DNA of 64,000 bases from an uncultured delta proteobacterium (GTDB lineage: Bacteria > Desulfobacterota > Syntrophobacteria > BM002). Position numbers and translations under genes: made by a program. The DNA is taken from positions 128,001-192,000 of the forward strand of contig CAVQGX010000020.1 in assembly GCA_963712115.1 (NCBI GenBank), given 5' to 3'. Below the pieces are notes generated by a model that worked only from the letters and a program-made list of their open reading frames with translations, was not told the origin of the DNA and did not search any database. Positions 10,857 to 21,109 of the stretch are shown in pieces. Numbering within the stretch: the stretch's first letter is position 1; each line of letters starts with the position of its first letter.

Positions 10857-12630
10857 CTAGTTGGATTTACCTGCTTCTTGGAGAGCAAGTTCTAAATTAG
10901 AACGTGCTTGTGCATAGCTTGGCTTTAACCGCACGGCTTCACGAAAATGGACAATAGCCTCATCTAGCTTACCTTGGCGCGCCAGGGCAACTCCCAGGCT
11001 GTTATACCCCTCGGCAAAGTCCGGCCTGATCTGCAGTGCCGTAGCGAAATGAATTCTTGCCTCTTCGATCTTTCCCTGCCGTAGTAGAGCATTTCCTAGG
11101 TTGAAGTGCGTCTCTGAAAGGTTGGGATCTCTGTGCAAGGACTCGTAAAAATGGTCTATTGCTTTTTCAAGCTTTCCTTGCTGCTGCAAAATGTTTCCAA
11201 GGTTATTATGTGCCACTGCAGATCTAGGGTTGAGTTGGAGCGCCCTAGAGAAATGTTTTTCAGCCTCCTCGATATTTCCCTGCTCGGCGAGTGCTTCACC
11301 GAGATTGATATGAGCTAGATAATTGTTGGCATTCACTTCAACTGCCTTTTTGAAGAGTGTAATATTGTTGCGCCAGCTAGCTACTTGCAAATGTGTACAT
11401 ATCATCAATGCGGCAATAACTATCCCTGCGGCTGTAGCAGAGACAAAATATTGAAAGCGTAACTTGATCAGAAGGTTTGGCACACCCCAGGCAATGATGA
11501 TGAAAAGGCCGATCAACGGTATGTAGGTAAAACGGTCGGCCATTGCCTGCATTCCCACCTGCACTAGCCCTATGACCGGTATAAGAGTTCCCAAGTACCA
11601 TAGCCATCCCACCGGAAGATATGGATGCCGCCGCCCTGCCCGGATCACCCAAAAAGTTACAAAGAATAAGAGTAAACCGGACGCGAAAGCTTGCCATACT
11701 GGGAGGTTAAGGCCAGGGTGTGGATAAAAGGCGGACAAACGATGAGGCCACATCATCTTAACCATGTAGCGGACATAGGAAATGAATGCGTTAGCGACAC
11801 GTATATGCATTGGCAGACTGTCCAATGGGAGCCCACCTCCTGCGGATTGCTGCGAGAATAAAGCCACTACACTAAAAGCGGCCGCGAGGGCAAAGAAAGG
11901 AAGTTTTTCCCAAACAAGGCGAAGGGACTGTGACTTCGCTTTCACGAAATCGATAGACGCCTGTGAAACGTGGCCATGGTCGCCACCCAGCTGTTTAAGC
12001 TGAATGCGTCCCAGAGGCCAGTAGTCCAAGCAGGAGAAGCACAAAGGGTAGAGTTACCAACATGGGCTTGGCCATGAGGCCCACGGCGAAAGCGAATAAT
12101 CCGAGCAGGTACCAGGTGAGTCCTGCGATGGGTAGTAAAATGACCGTAACCCCAAATTGTCAACATCCAAAAAAATGTGCTTAAAACATCTTTACGTTCA
12201 GTCACCCAGGCAACCGACTCAACATGCAATGGATGCAGGGCAAATAGAGCGGCAACAAAAGCGCTCTGCCACCGAGCCGCCGGTCGTCCTCCTAAGAATC
12301 AAAAAAAGCAACAGCGTATTGGCAATGTGAAATAGTAAGTTTGTCAGATGATAGCCACCCTGATTCAAACCGTAGAGTTCAAAGTCCAGCATAAATGATA
12401 GCCATGTCAGTGGGATCCAGAAGCCCAGCAGTGGAAGCTGGTAAAGGCCCAGACGAACGCTTTCGCGGCTCAGACCGTCCTGAACATGTGGAATTCTCAG
12501 TTACATAGAGCGGATCATCAAGATTGACAAAATTGTGATGCCGCACCTGCCAAAAGACAGCAAGCGTAGCTGTGATCAGGAGTACACAGACGAGATAGTC
12601 AAGGTTGAGAGGGAAAGATTTTTTCTCCAT
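10857..12630 (-). CDS. TMTC-like GT-C/TPR protein (paralog 2, several frameshifts)
   Basis: Pieces 12379..12648, 11942..12229 and 10857..12044 are collinear with paralogs 1 and 3 (FVNLDDPLYV, HVESVAWVTERKDVL, MADRFTYIP, TPRs). Indels cluster at 12040-12500; sequencing error or decay. Confidence 0.75.
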
Positions 12631-12644
12631 GACATTACTGCTTT

Positions 12645-14510
12645 TCAATTACCTGTGGAATTGCCCGTCTCCTGCAAGCGCAAATTGCAGGTTAGCACGA
12701 GCCTGCAGGTATAGTCGGGCTTGAGACGGACGGCCTCACTAAAATGGGCAATGGCCTCATTTAGCCTACCTTGACGCGCCAGGGCGACCCCGAGGTTGTT
12801 GTGAGCTTCGGGGTAGTCGGCTCTGATCTTTAGAGCCTTGGAATAGTGGACTTCAGCTTCAACCAGCTTTTCTTGCTGGGCCAAGGCATTTCCCAGATTA
12901 TTGTGGGCCTCTGCGTAATCGGGTGCAAGTTGAATCGCAGCAAAGTAGTTGCTAATGGCGCCAGGTATATCTCCCCGTCTGAATAGTGCTACACCAAGAT
13001 TGTTGTGTAACTCTGAAGAGTTGGGCTTAAGCTGTAGCGCCACAGAATAATGCTTTATCGCCTCTTCTAATCTTCCTTGCTCGGCCAAAACAACTCCAAG
13101 GTTTATGTGTGCCTCGGCATAGTTCGGGCTGATCTCAAGTGCTTCAGTGTAGTGCGAAATAGCCTCTTGAAGTTTTCCTTTCTGAGTCAAAACATTTCCC
13201 AGGTTATTGTGTATTTGGCTGTTGTTGCTGGTTGCCCGGAGGGTATGGTCAAAGAGGGTAAGACTATTTTTCCAGTGGCTTACCTGCAAAGAAGAACACA
13301 CCATCAAGGCTGAGAGCAGTGAGGTTGCTGCCAGGGTAAGAGCAGGTTTGCCATAGCGCCAACTTCCCAGCAAATCTGGTACACCCCAGGCTATCATGAT
13401 AAAAAGGCCGAGCAAGGGTACATAAGTATAGCGATCAGCCATGGCCTGTGCTCCCACCTGCACCAGCCCAATTACCGGCACCAGAGTTCCAACATACCAA
13501 AGCCAACCCACTGGAAGATATGGATAGCGCCGCCCTGCTCGGATAACCGCAATGGATATAACCAGCAATAGCAAGCCGGCTAAGGCAGCCTGCCACATGG
13601 GTAAGCTTTGCCCCGGATGAGGGTAGAAGACCGCCAGATTCTGCGGCCAGATCATCTTGATTATATAAAGGAGATAGGAAAGCAGAGCATTAGCGATGCG
13701 AATATTGAAGGGATAAATTTCCAAACCCCCCACGGCTCCCCCACTTCTTTGGACGAGAAAGGTTACCAAGCTAGAGACAGCCGCAAGAACAAACAAGGGA
13801 GTTTTTTCCAAGAGCAGACTAGAAGCTTGTGCCCTCAGGTTCTTGGTAATTATGGATGGGTGGTTTTGCGCAGCGTGACTAATACCAGATTGGCCAAGTT
13901 GAATGCGCTCGAGAGGCCAGTAGTCTAGTAAAAGCAGTACAAATGGCAGAGTCACCAGCATGGGCTTGGCCATAAGGCCCAAGGCAAAAGAGAGAATTAT
14001 TAACAGGTAACGATAGAATCCAGGGAGCTCAACATACCAGATGTAGCTCAAAAGGGTCAGAAACAAGAAAAAGGTGCTTAATACATCCTTGCGCTCAGCC
14101 ACCCAGGCGACCGATTCCACATGCAGGGGGTGAAGGGCAAAGAGTGCCGCGACAAAACCGCTTCTCCACAGAGTCCCGGTCATCCGTTTCAGGAGGAGAA
14201 ACAATAATAAACTGTTTACCAAGTGAAAAAGTACGCTGGTTAGATGATGCCCTTTGGGGTTTAGACCAAAGAGTTCACAGTCCAGCATATGTGACAACCA
14301 AGTCAACGGATGCCAGTTGGCCGCATGAGTGGAAGTGAAGGCCCAAGTGATGTTGTCCCAACTCAGACCGGTGTGCACATGTATATTGTCTGTTATGTAT
14401 TCACCGTCGTCGAGATGGATAAAAGCATGATTTCGCACCTGCCAGAAGGTGGCAATAACGGCTAAGCTTAAAAGCAAAATAATGAAAATATTTTTCCCCG
14501 TTGAATGCAG
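12645..14510 (-). CDS. TMTC-like GT-C/TPR protein (paralog 3)
   Basis: FIHLDDGEYI, WHPLTWLS, HPLHVESVAWVAERKDVL, MADRYTYVP and about five TPRs. Start uncertain: CTG at 14510 after AGGA, or TTG at 14594 inside the upstream gene. Confidence 0.85.
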   Translation of the reverse strand: MHSTGKNIFIILLLSLAVIATFWQVRNHAFIHLDDGEYITDNIHVHTGLSWDNITWAFTSTHAANWHPLTWLSHMLDCELFGLNPKGHHLTSVLFHLVNSLLLFLLLKRMTGTLWRSGFVAALFALHPLHVESVAWVAERKDVLSTFFLFLTLLSYIWYVELPGFYRYLLIILSFALGLMAKPMLVTLPFVLLLLDYWPLERIQLGQSGISHAAQNHPSIITKNLRAQASSLLLEKTPLFVLAAVSSLVTFLVQRSGGAVGGLEIYPFNIRIANALLSYLLYIIKMIWPQNLAVFYPHPGQSLPMWQAALAGLLLLVISIAVIRAGRRYPYLPVGWLWYVGTLVPVIGLVQVGAQAMADRYTYVPLLGLFIMIAWGVPDLLGSWRYGKPALTLAATSLLSALMVCSSLQVSHWKNSLTLFDHTLRATSNNSQIHNNLGNVLTQKGKLQEAISHYTEALEISPNYAEAHINLGVVLAEQGRLEEAIKHYSVALQLKPNSSELHNNLGVALFRRGDIPGAISNYFAAIQLAPDYAEAHNNLGNALAQQEKLVEAEVHYSKALKIRADYPEAHNNLGVALARQGRLNEAIAHFSEAVRLKPDYTCRLVLTCNLRLQETGNSTGN

Positions 14511-14512
14511 GT

Positions 14513-15268
14513 CTAGTCCTTCTCCGCTGGAAACAGCTTTGTTTGGATGAGTTTCATCTTGGCCAATCGAAAAGACAGCGCGGTTAAAAGGCAACCGAAG
14601 CCGTATTTGACGCTCCGTAGGAAGTTAATGGATGAGGCTTCGGCAAAATACTTGGTTGGACAAGTGACTTCGGCTATGGTGTGACCAAACCAGATAATCT
14701 GCGCCAACATTTGATTATCAAAAACAAAATCGTCCGAGTTTAACTCGAGTGGGAGTTGTTCCAAGAGTTCCCGAGAAAATGCCCTGTAGCCCGTGTGGTA
14801 CTCAGATAGTTTGGCGCCCATCAAAATGTTCTCCACAAGTGTGAGAAACCGATTCGCTAGGTATTTCCAAATTGGCATGCCACCTCTTAAAGCATATCCG
14901 CCGAGAATTCTTGAACCCAACACGCAGGGGTACAGATTATTACCAATTATGGAAACCATCGCGGGGATAAGCTTTGGAGTGTATTGATAGTCCGGGTGGA
15001 CCATGATGATAATATCACCACCCTGATCCAGGGCCAGTTTGTAGCATGTCTTCTGGTTGGCTCCGTAGCCTAGATTTTGTGGATGAACATGGATTATGGT
15101 ATTGGCGAGGTTCTTCGCGACAGCTACGGTTTCGTCTTTACTGCCGTCGTCCACCACAATCACCAGATCAACAACGTCCTGTTCCATCACCTCATCGTAG
15201 GTCTTCTGCAGGGTTTGGGCAGCGTTGTAGGCTGGCATTACCACGATAACTTTTTTGTTTTTAAACAT
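14513..15268 (-). CDS. GT2 glycosyltransferase, DPM1/polyprenol-phosphate glycosyltransferase-like
   Basis: VVMPAYN, VVDDGSKD, NLGYG, HPDYQY, GSR, EYHTGYRAF. Confidence 0.9.
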   Translation of the reverse strand: MFKNKKVIVVMPAYNAAQTLQKTYDEVMEQDVVDLVIVVDDGSKDETVAVAKNLANTIIHVHPQNLGYGANQKTCYKLALDQGGDIIIMVHPDYQYTPKLIPAMVSIIGNNLYPCVLGSRILGGYALRGGMPIWKYLANRFLTLVENILMGAKLSEYHTGYRAFSRELLEQLPLELNSDDFVFDNQMLAQIIWFGHTIAEVTCPTKYFAEASSINFLRSVKYGFGCLLTALSFRLAKMKLIQTKLFPAEKD

Positions 15269-15294
15269 CTCTTTTCCTCGAAACCAGTAAAACG

Positions 15295-15310
15295 AGCAAA
15301 ATCAATGCCA
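15295..15310 (-). promoter_or_regulatory. sigma54 promoter candidate for the GT2-TMTC unit
   Basis: TGGCATTGATTTTGCT about 27 bp upstream of ATG 15268, followed by a GAGGA RBS. Confidence 0.7.
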
Positions 15311-15568
15311 CCTAACCGCCAAAGTGCAAGGTGTCCCGTCAGCCTCGGCAGGAGAAGCAAGCTTCTTTAGTACTTGAGGTCAGGGTTAAGCCTTGCTTCA
15401 CTCTCATAGGGAGGAGGAGAAACCATATAGTTGATGCTTGATTTCCAAAGGCGAGTGTACCATACTTTCGTCAATGCTGTGGGATCCACTATAAGACATT
15501 TAGGCATGCAGTGAACATTCTCCGATTCTGGTATTATTCAGTACACCATGACTTATTTTTGCTTCTAA

Positions 15569-15584
15569 TGGCACATCAATTGCT
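15569..15584 (+). promoter_or_regulatory. sigma54 promoter candidate for rmlBACD
   Basis: TGGCACATCAATTGCT about 110 bp upstream of rmlB, divergent from the 15295 site. Confidence 0.72.
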
Positions 15585-15692
15585 TGAGAAGAAAATTTAT
15601 AACCTAATAGCGTTATCCGGCGGGCTATGCAAGTTCGTTGATTGCTAATTTATAGAAAACATTCAAGCAAAAAAATCTAATCAAGCAACATT

Positions 15693-16769
15693 ATGCGCTC
15701 GAAGACCATACTGGTTACCGGCGGTGCCGGATTTATTGGAACAAACTTCATCCGCCACATCCTTGCGACGCGGCCAGACTACCGTATTGTCAATCTGGAT
15801 GCCCTGACCTACGCGGGCAACCTCGCCAATTTTCAAGACTTCTCCACTAGCCTAGCGAATAGGCATCGTTTCATCCATGGAGATATAAGGGACAAAAGCC
15901 TCCTCGCTCGCCTCTTCGCCGAGGAGAGCTTGGACATGGTGGTGCACTTCGCGGCGGAATCCCATGTGGATCGATCAATCCTAGGACCTGAGGCTTTTTT
16001 GCAGACAAACGTGGAGGGAACCTTTCGCCTCATCGAGGCGAGCCTCAAAGTTTGGGAGAAAAAAGGCAGGCCGGAAAGTTTTCGTTTTTTGCATATATCT
16101 ACAGATGAGGTTTACGGAAGCCTGGGGCCGGAGGGATATTTCACCGAGAGCACACCCTATGATCCTTCCAGTCCCTATTCGGCCTCCAAGGCTGCCTCGG
16201 ACCACTTTGTCAGGGCCTATTTTCGCACTTACGGCCTTCCCACCATAATCACTAATTGCTCCAATAACTTCGGCCCTTATCAGTTTCCTGAAAAGCTAAT
16301 TCCCCTGATGATTTTGAACATCATGGAAGAAAAGGTTCTGCCGGTCTACGGAGACGGCAAGCATGTCCGAGACTGGCTTTATGTCATAGACCACTGTGAT
16401 GGGCTTGTAAGGGTTCTCGAAGAGGGACGGCCAGGGGAAACTTACAACATAGGGGGAGGAGCCGAGCGACAAAACATTGATGTTGTCCACTTGCTCTGTC
16501 ATCTTCTCGATGTCCGGCTGGACAGATCCGGCCGGAAAGCCAGCCGGAACCTCATCCAGTTTGTCACTGACCGACCTGGACACGACCGGCGCTACGCTAT
16601 TGACGCTAATAAAATCAGGGGTGAGCTGGGGTGGAGCCCCGCCCATAAATTTGAGGAGGCGCTTGAGGCTACGGTGGATTGGTATTTGGCCAATATGGAC
16701 TGGGTGGAGATGGTTCGCAGTGGGGAATACCGCAAGTGGATTGAGATCAACTATGACAAACGGGGATGA
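15693..16769 (+). CDS. rmlB: dTDP-glucose 4,6-dehydratase
   Basis: GGAGFIG, HFAAESHVDRSI, ISTDEVYG, YSASK, DRPGHDRRYAID. Confidence 0.96.
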   Translation: MRSKTILVTGGAGFIGTNFIRHILATRPDYRIVNLDALTYAGNLANFQDFSTSLANRHRFIHGDIRDKSLLARLFAEESLDMVVHFAAESHVDRSILGPEAFLQTNVEGTFRLIEASLKVWEKKGRPESFRFLHISTDEVYGSLGPEGYFTESTPYDPSSPYSASKAASDHFVRAYFRTYGLPTIITNCSNNFGPYQFPEKLIPLMILNIMEEKVLPVYGDGKHVRDWLYVIDHCDGLVRVLEEGRPGETYNIGGGAERQNIDVVHLLCHLLDVRLDRSGRKASRNLIQFVTDRPGHDRRYAIDANKIRGELGWSPAHKFEEALEATVDWYLANMDWVEMVRSGEYRKWIEINYDKRG

Positions 16770-16824
16770 TTTTCTGCGGAGCTGGGTTGAAGCAAAGAGA
16801 GCACAAGGCAGAGTGGCTGCTATC

Positions 16825-16983
16825 AAATTCGAAATCCTAAATCCGAAGCAAGAAACAAATCCAAATTTCGAATTCTCCAATGTTCAAAACAGAATCGACT
16901 AAATCTATGAATTGCATGTTTTGGTCATTTGGATTTTGAAAATTTGAATTTGTTTGGGATTTCGATATTCGGATTTCGGATTT
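16825..16983. repeat. 7-nt-period inverted repeat (long hairpin)
   Basis: AAATTCGAAATCCTAAATCCG...TCCAATGTTCAAAAC left arm, GTTTTGGTCATTTGG...GATTTCGGATTT right arm; related copy at 35948-36076. Confidence 0.7.
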
Positions 16984-17034
16984 GTTCGATACTGTCTTCC
17001 TTTCACTCAAATACTTCTGGAGAGAGAAGAGACA

Positions 17035-17916
17035 ATGAAGGGTATCATACTGGCTGGTGGTTCAGGAACTCGACTTTATCCCATTACCAGGGTGGTGAGC
17101 AAGCAACTCCTGCCGGTATATGACAAGCCCATGGTGTACTACCCCCTCTCGGTCCTCATGTTGGCAAAAATCCGTGAGATCCTGATAATTTCCACTCCAC
17201 AAGACTTGCCCCTTTTCCGAGAGCTTTTAGGAGATGGGTCGCAATGGGGCCTTTCATTTGCATATGCTGAACAGCCACGGCCTGAAGGGATCGCCCAGGC
17301 GTTTATCATAGGCCGCGATTTTGTGGGCAGTGACAGGGTTTGCCTCATACTTGGGGACAATATTTTCTATGGGCACGGTCTCCCAGACAAATTGCGCAAT
17401 GCAGTATCTCAGGAGAAAAGGGCAACCATTTTCGGCTACTGGGTCAAGAACCCGCAGCGTTACGGCGTTGTTACCTTCGATGCACAAGGCCGGGCCATGG
17501 ATATTGTGGAAAAACCGCAGGAACCCAAGTCTAATTGGGCGGTTACTGGGCTCTACTTCTACGACAACCGGGTTTTGGATATAGCTGCCGAGCTCAAACC
17601 TTCGGCCCGTGGCGAGCTGGAGATTACCGATGTAAACTCAGCCTACCTCAGAATGAAAGCGCTGCGGGTGGAGAAACTGGGCCGAGGAATCGCCTGGCTG
17701 GATACCGGCACACCTGAGACTCTCATGCAGGCAGCCAATTTCATCGAAACTATAGAGGAGAGGCAGGGCTTGAAGATTGCCTGCGTTGAAGAGATTGCCT
17801 ATCGTATGGGTTATATAAGCAAAGACCAATTGGAGAAACTTGCCCGGCCGCTCATCAAAAATGGTTATGGTCAGTATCTTATGGCTATACTACGGTATGA
17901 AGAATTCTTACCTTAA
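17035..17916 (+). CDS. rmlA: glucose-1-phosphate thymidylyltransferase
   Basis: [43 protein letters not shown]; true start ATG 17035. Confidence 0.97.
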   Translation: MKGIILAGGSGTRLYPITRVVSKQLLPVYDKPMVYYPLSVLMLAKIREILIISTPQDLPLFRELLGDGSQWGLSFAYAEQPRPEGIAQAFIIGRDFVGSDRVCLILGDNIFYGHGLPDKLRNAVSQEKRATIFGYWVKNPQRYGVVTFDAQGRAMDIVEKPQEPKSNWAVTGLYFYDNRVLDIAAELKPSARGELEITDVNSAYLRMKALRVEKLGRGIAWLDTGTPETLMQAANFIETIEERQGLKIACVEEIAYRMGYISKDQLEKLARPLIKNGYGQYLMAILRYEEFLP

Positions 17917-18049
17917 CCCGGATATTTCATGAATTCACGGCCTGGCGTGACTGCGACCACGGAGTCAAAGCTATCAGCACTCAGAAGCTAGCGGTCAGCA
18001 AAAACAATAGCAAAACAATTTCTTTCCCTTTAAAGAAGAGCCGTTTAAA

Positions 18050-18613
18050 TTGAAAGTGTTACCCACCGAATTGGATGGAGTCTATATTGTTGAGCCGCAG
18101 GTTTTCTATGACGATCGTGGCTTTTTCTTGGAGACCTACCACCAAAGAAGATACGCTGAGACTGGAATCAACTGCAATTTCGTTCAGGACAACCTCTCGC
18201 GTTCGGTGCGTGGTACGCTCAGGGGCCTCCACTATCAACTGGAGTGCGCACAGGCAAAATTAATTCAGGTAATTAAAGGTGTTGTTTTTGACTTGGTGGT
18301 GGACATCCGCCGCGGTTCTCCTAGTTTTGGACAGTGGGTTGGAGTCAATCTCTCAGAGGAAAACAAGCGCCAGTTATTTGTGCCGGAAGGATTTGCCCAC
18401 GGCTTTTGCGTACTTAGCGAAGCGGCAGACGTTGTCTACAAGTGCACCGATTTTTATGCCCCTGAGGATGAGGGAGGTATTCTCTGGTCCGACCCGGATC
18501 TCGCCATCGATTGGCCCATTTCAGAACCACTGATTTCGGCCAAGGACAGTCGGCTTCCTCGCCTGGCCGATGTTCCCCCCGAGCGATTGCCCCTTTACAA
18601 GGAAAGTAGATGA
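18050..18613 (+). CDS. rmlC: dTDP-4-dehydrorhamnose 3,5-epimerase
   Basis: DDRGFFLE, QDN, LRGLHYQ, GFAHGF. Confidence 0.96.
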   Translation: MKVLPTELDGVYIVEPQVFYDDRGFFLETYHQRRYAETGINCNFVQDNLSRSVRGTLRGLHYQLECAQAKLIQVIKGVVFDLVVDIRRGSPSFGQWVGVNLSEENKRQLFVPEGFAHGFCVLSEAADVVYKCTDFYAPEDEGGILWSDPDLAIDWPISEPLISAKDSRLPRLADVPPERLPLYKESR

Positions 18614-19524
18614 AAGTTCTGGTTACCGGCGCTCATGGCCAGGTGGGATGGGAACTATCAAGGCGCGGTGCAGGAAAGGGTTCTGACATCCTGGCCTTAG
18701 ACCGTGCAACCCTCGATATTACGGATCAGAGTGCGGTTAAGCGGACGGTAGGGAGATCCGGCGTTGCCCTGGTAGTCAATGGGGCAGCATACACAGCCGT
18801 TGATCAAGCGGAATCCGAATCGGAACTGGCCTTTGCCGCCAACCGCGACGGTCCGGCCAATCTGGCCTCTGCCTGTGCTGAGGCCGGAATTCCCCTGATC
18901 CATATCTCCACAGACTTTGTCTTTGACGGTGAGAAGAAAGGGCCCTACCTCGAGACGGATCAGGTCTCACCTCTTAGTGTTTACGGAAAAAGTAAAGCTG
19001 CAGGAGAGGTGGCGGTGAGGGAACGTCTGCGGGAGCACATCATCCTTCGTACTTCCTGGGTTTATGGTGTGCACGGCCGCAACTTTGTCAAGACCATGCT
19101 GAGATTGGGCCGTGAAAAAGATGTTATCCAAGTGGTTGCGGATCAGTATGGCTGTCCGACCTATGCAGCAGATCTTGCGGATACAATACTGAAAATCGCT
19201 GCCCAAATTCAGGATAACAGGCAGATTACCTGGGGGACCTATCATTATTGCGGCAAGGGGGTGACGAGTTGGCATGGCTTAGGGGAAGAGACTTTGTCTC
19301 TGGCAAAAAAATATATCTCACTCAGGGTAAAAACAATAGAGGCTATAAGGACAGCTGAATATCCGACACCGGCAAAGAGGCCCTTTAATTCAGCCCTGGA
19401 TTGCTCCTTAGTTGAAAAGACCTTTAGCATCCATCCCAAGCCGTGGCGAGAAAGTCTTGCCCAAATGATCAAAATGATGTTTTCAGTCGAAAAATCGAAT
19501 AACTCGCAGAAGGTCATGACTTAG
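18610..19524 (+). CDS. rmlD: dTDP-4-dehydrorhamnose reductase
   Basis: GAHGQVG, AAYTAVDQAE, ISTDFVFDG, YGKSK, PTPAKRP. Confidence 0.95.
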   Translation: MKVLVTGAHGQVGWELSRRGAGKGSDILALDRATLDITDQSAVKRTVGRSGVALVVNGAAYTAVDQAESESELAFAANRDGPANLASACAEAGIPLIHISTDFVFDGEKKGPYLETDQVSPLSVYGKSKAAGEVAVRERLREHIILRTSWVYGVHGRNFVKTMLRLGREKDVIQVVADQYGCPTYAADLADTILKIAAQIQDNRQITWGTYHYCGKGVTSWHGLGEETLSLAKKYISLRVKTIEAIRTAEYPTPAKRPFNSALDCSLVEKTFSIHPKPWRESLAQMIKMMFSVEKSNNSQKVMT

Positions 19525-19648
19525 ACGGCACTGTAAAAAGCTCCAGATGCAAGGCGCACAAATCTTTAGGAATGAGGCGTACTTGCAGTACGCTGCAATG
19601 ACTAAAGATGAAGTGCAACGCCGCAGATGGACTTTTTACTAAGCCGTT
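19524..19648. mobile_element. about 125-bp MITE-like element
   Basis: Imperfect terminal inverted repeats GACGGCACTGTAAAAAG...CTTTTTACTAAGCCGTT with internal dyad symmetry; fills the gap between two convergent genes. Confidence 0.6.
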
Positions 19649-20333
19649 AGTCGAAAAATCGAAACCATAAAATAGCAAAAACGGCCTTTACCCCGTCTTT
19701 CCAACCAATCTTCTTGCCTTCTGCGTAAGTCCTGCCACTGTAGCTTATGGGAGTCTCATAGATGCGAAAACCCTTCTTGGCTATTTTTGCGGTAAACTCG
19801 GGTTCGAAGCCGAAACGTTTTGATCTCAGCTTGATTTCAGCGAGCACCTCGCTTTTGAAGACCTTGTAGCAGGTTTCCATGTCGGTGAGATTCAGGTTGG
19901 TCAGCATGTTGGAAAGCAAGGTCACGAACTTGTTGCCCAGATAGTGCCAAAAGAAAAGGACCCGGTGAGGACCACCAAGAAACCTCGAGCCGTATACCAC
20001 ATCGGCTCTGCCGTCGACGATGGGCCCCAGAAGGAGAGGATACTCTCTGGGATCATACTCGAGATCTGCATCCTGAATAATCACTATATCACCGGTTATA
20101 GCTTGAAAGCCTGTTCTCAGGGCGGCACCCTTGCCTTGATTGTGGTCATGGTAGAGTACCTTTACATTTTCATTAGCTTGGTTAATCTCTCGCAGGTGCT
20201 CCCGTGTGCCATCCGTGGAATAGTCATCCACTATAATAATCTCTTTCTCTAATTCAACTTCTTGGACGCGGGCGACAATTTCCTTGATTGTCTGAACTTC
20301 ATTGTAAACAGGCATTACCACTGAGATCTTCAT
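19647..20333 (-). CDS. GT2 glycosyltransferase, DPM1-like
   Basis: [60 protein letters not shown]. Confidence 0.92.
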   Translation of the reverse strand: MKISVVMPVYNEVQTIKEIVARVQEVELEKEIIIVDDYSTDGTREHLREINQANENVKVLYHDHNQGKGAALRTGFQAITGDIVIIQDADLEYDPREYPLLLGPIVDGRADVVYGSRFLGGPHRVLFFWHYLGNKFVTLLSNMLTNLNLTDMETCYKVFKSEVLAEIKLRSKRFGFEPEFTAKIAKKGFRIYETPISYSGRTYAEGKKIGWKDGVKAVFAILWFRFFD

Positions 20334-20392
20334 CTTAGTTAACTCGCTGTAGATACAGTAAAAAATGTTCATGCAGAGCAAAGGCTGATTGT

Positions 20393-21109
20393 TTACTCCG
20401 CAGCAAAATCCTGATAGAGGCTGTGCTTTTGGATATACACAGCCACTTCCGTAGGAACCAGCTCTCCAATTGACCGGCCTTCGCTCATACGTTGGCGTAC
20501 CTCGGTTGAAGAGACTTTGTCAAGATTTTCTTCCATCTCCAGAGGGTGAATGCGGTTGAGGTATTTCTGTACCAGAGGATTTTCCGGCAACTGCAACTTT
20601 CCCTTCCGCTCGAAGACCAACAATTGAAGAACGGCAAACATCTCGGCCAAGGCTGCAGCAGGATCATCATAGCGCCAGGTGAGAATCCGCTCAGCTGCAT
20701 CTCGTCCAGTGATGAAAAAGATTTCCGGCTTCTGGGGATATATCTGTTGCAAGGCAAGACAAATATCAAGGAAAAGGCCATGGGAGCAAACTCCCAGGGA
20801 GATATAGGGAATACCGCTGATGCCAAGCCGCATCATTTCCAAACGTTGTTCAACCGAGACCCCGACCAAAGGTTTGTTGGGCAGGATTTTGGGCAGCACA
20901 AAGATTATTTCGTCCAGTTTACACTGCTCCCTTGAGTAACGGGCCAATAGCAGATGGGCCCGAGTTATAGGGTTGTAAGCACCCCCAAGAACCCCCAAAC
21001 GTCCATTGCTTGGTGGTGGGCCTGCTTGTGCGGGAACAAAGACTTCAAACCTCGGGACATCTGGATTTACTGGCCCGGGATTATGCAACATGGAAGAAGG
21101 ACTCATCAA
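20393..21109 (-). CDS. nadD: nicotinate/nicotinamide-nucleotide adenylyltransferase-like protein
   Basis: [14 protein letters not shown] (HxGH variant), [27 protein letters not shown]. Confidence 0.75.
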   Translation of the reverse strand: MMSPSSMLHNPGPVNPDVPRFEVFVPAQAGPPPSNGRLGVLGGAYNPITRAHLLLARYSREQCKLDEIIFVLPKILPNKPLVGVSVEQRLEMMRLGISGIPYISLGVCSHGLFLDICLALQQIYPQKPEIFFITGRDAAERILTWRYDDPAAALAEMFAVLQLLVFERKGKLQLPENPLVQKYLNRIHPLEMEENLDKVSSTEVRQRMSEGRSIGELVPTEVAVYIQKHSLYQDFAAE

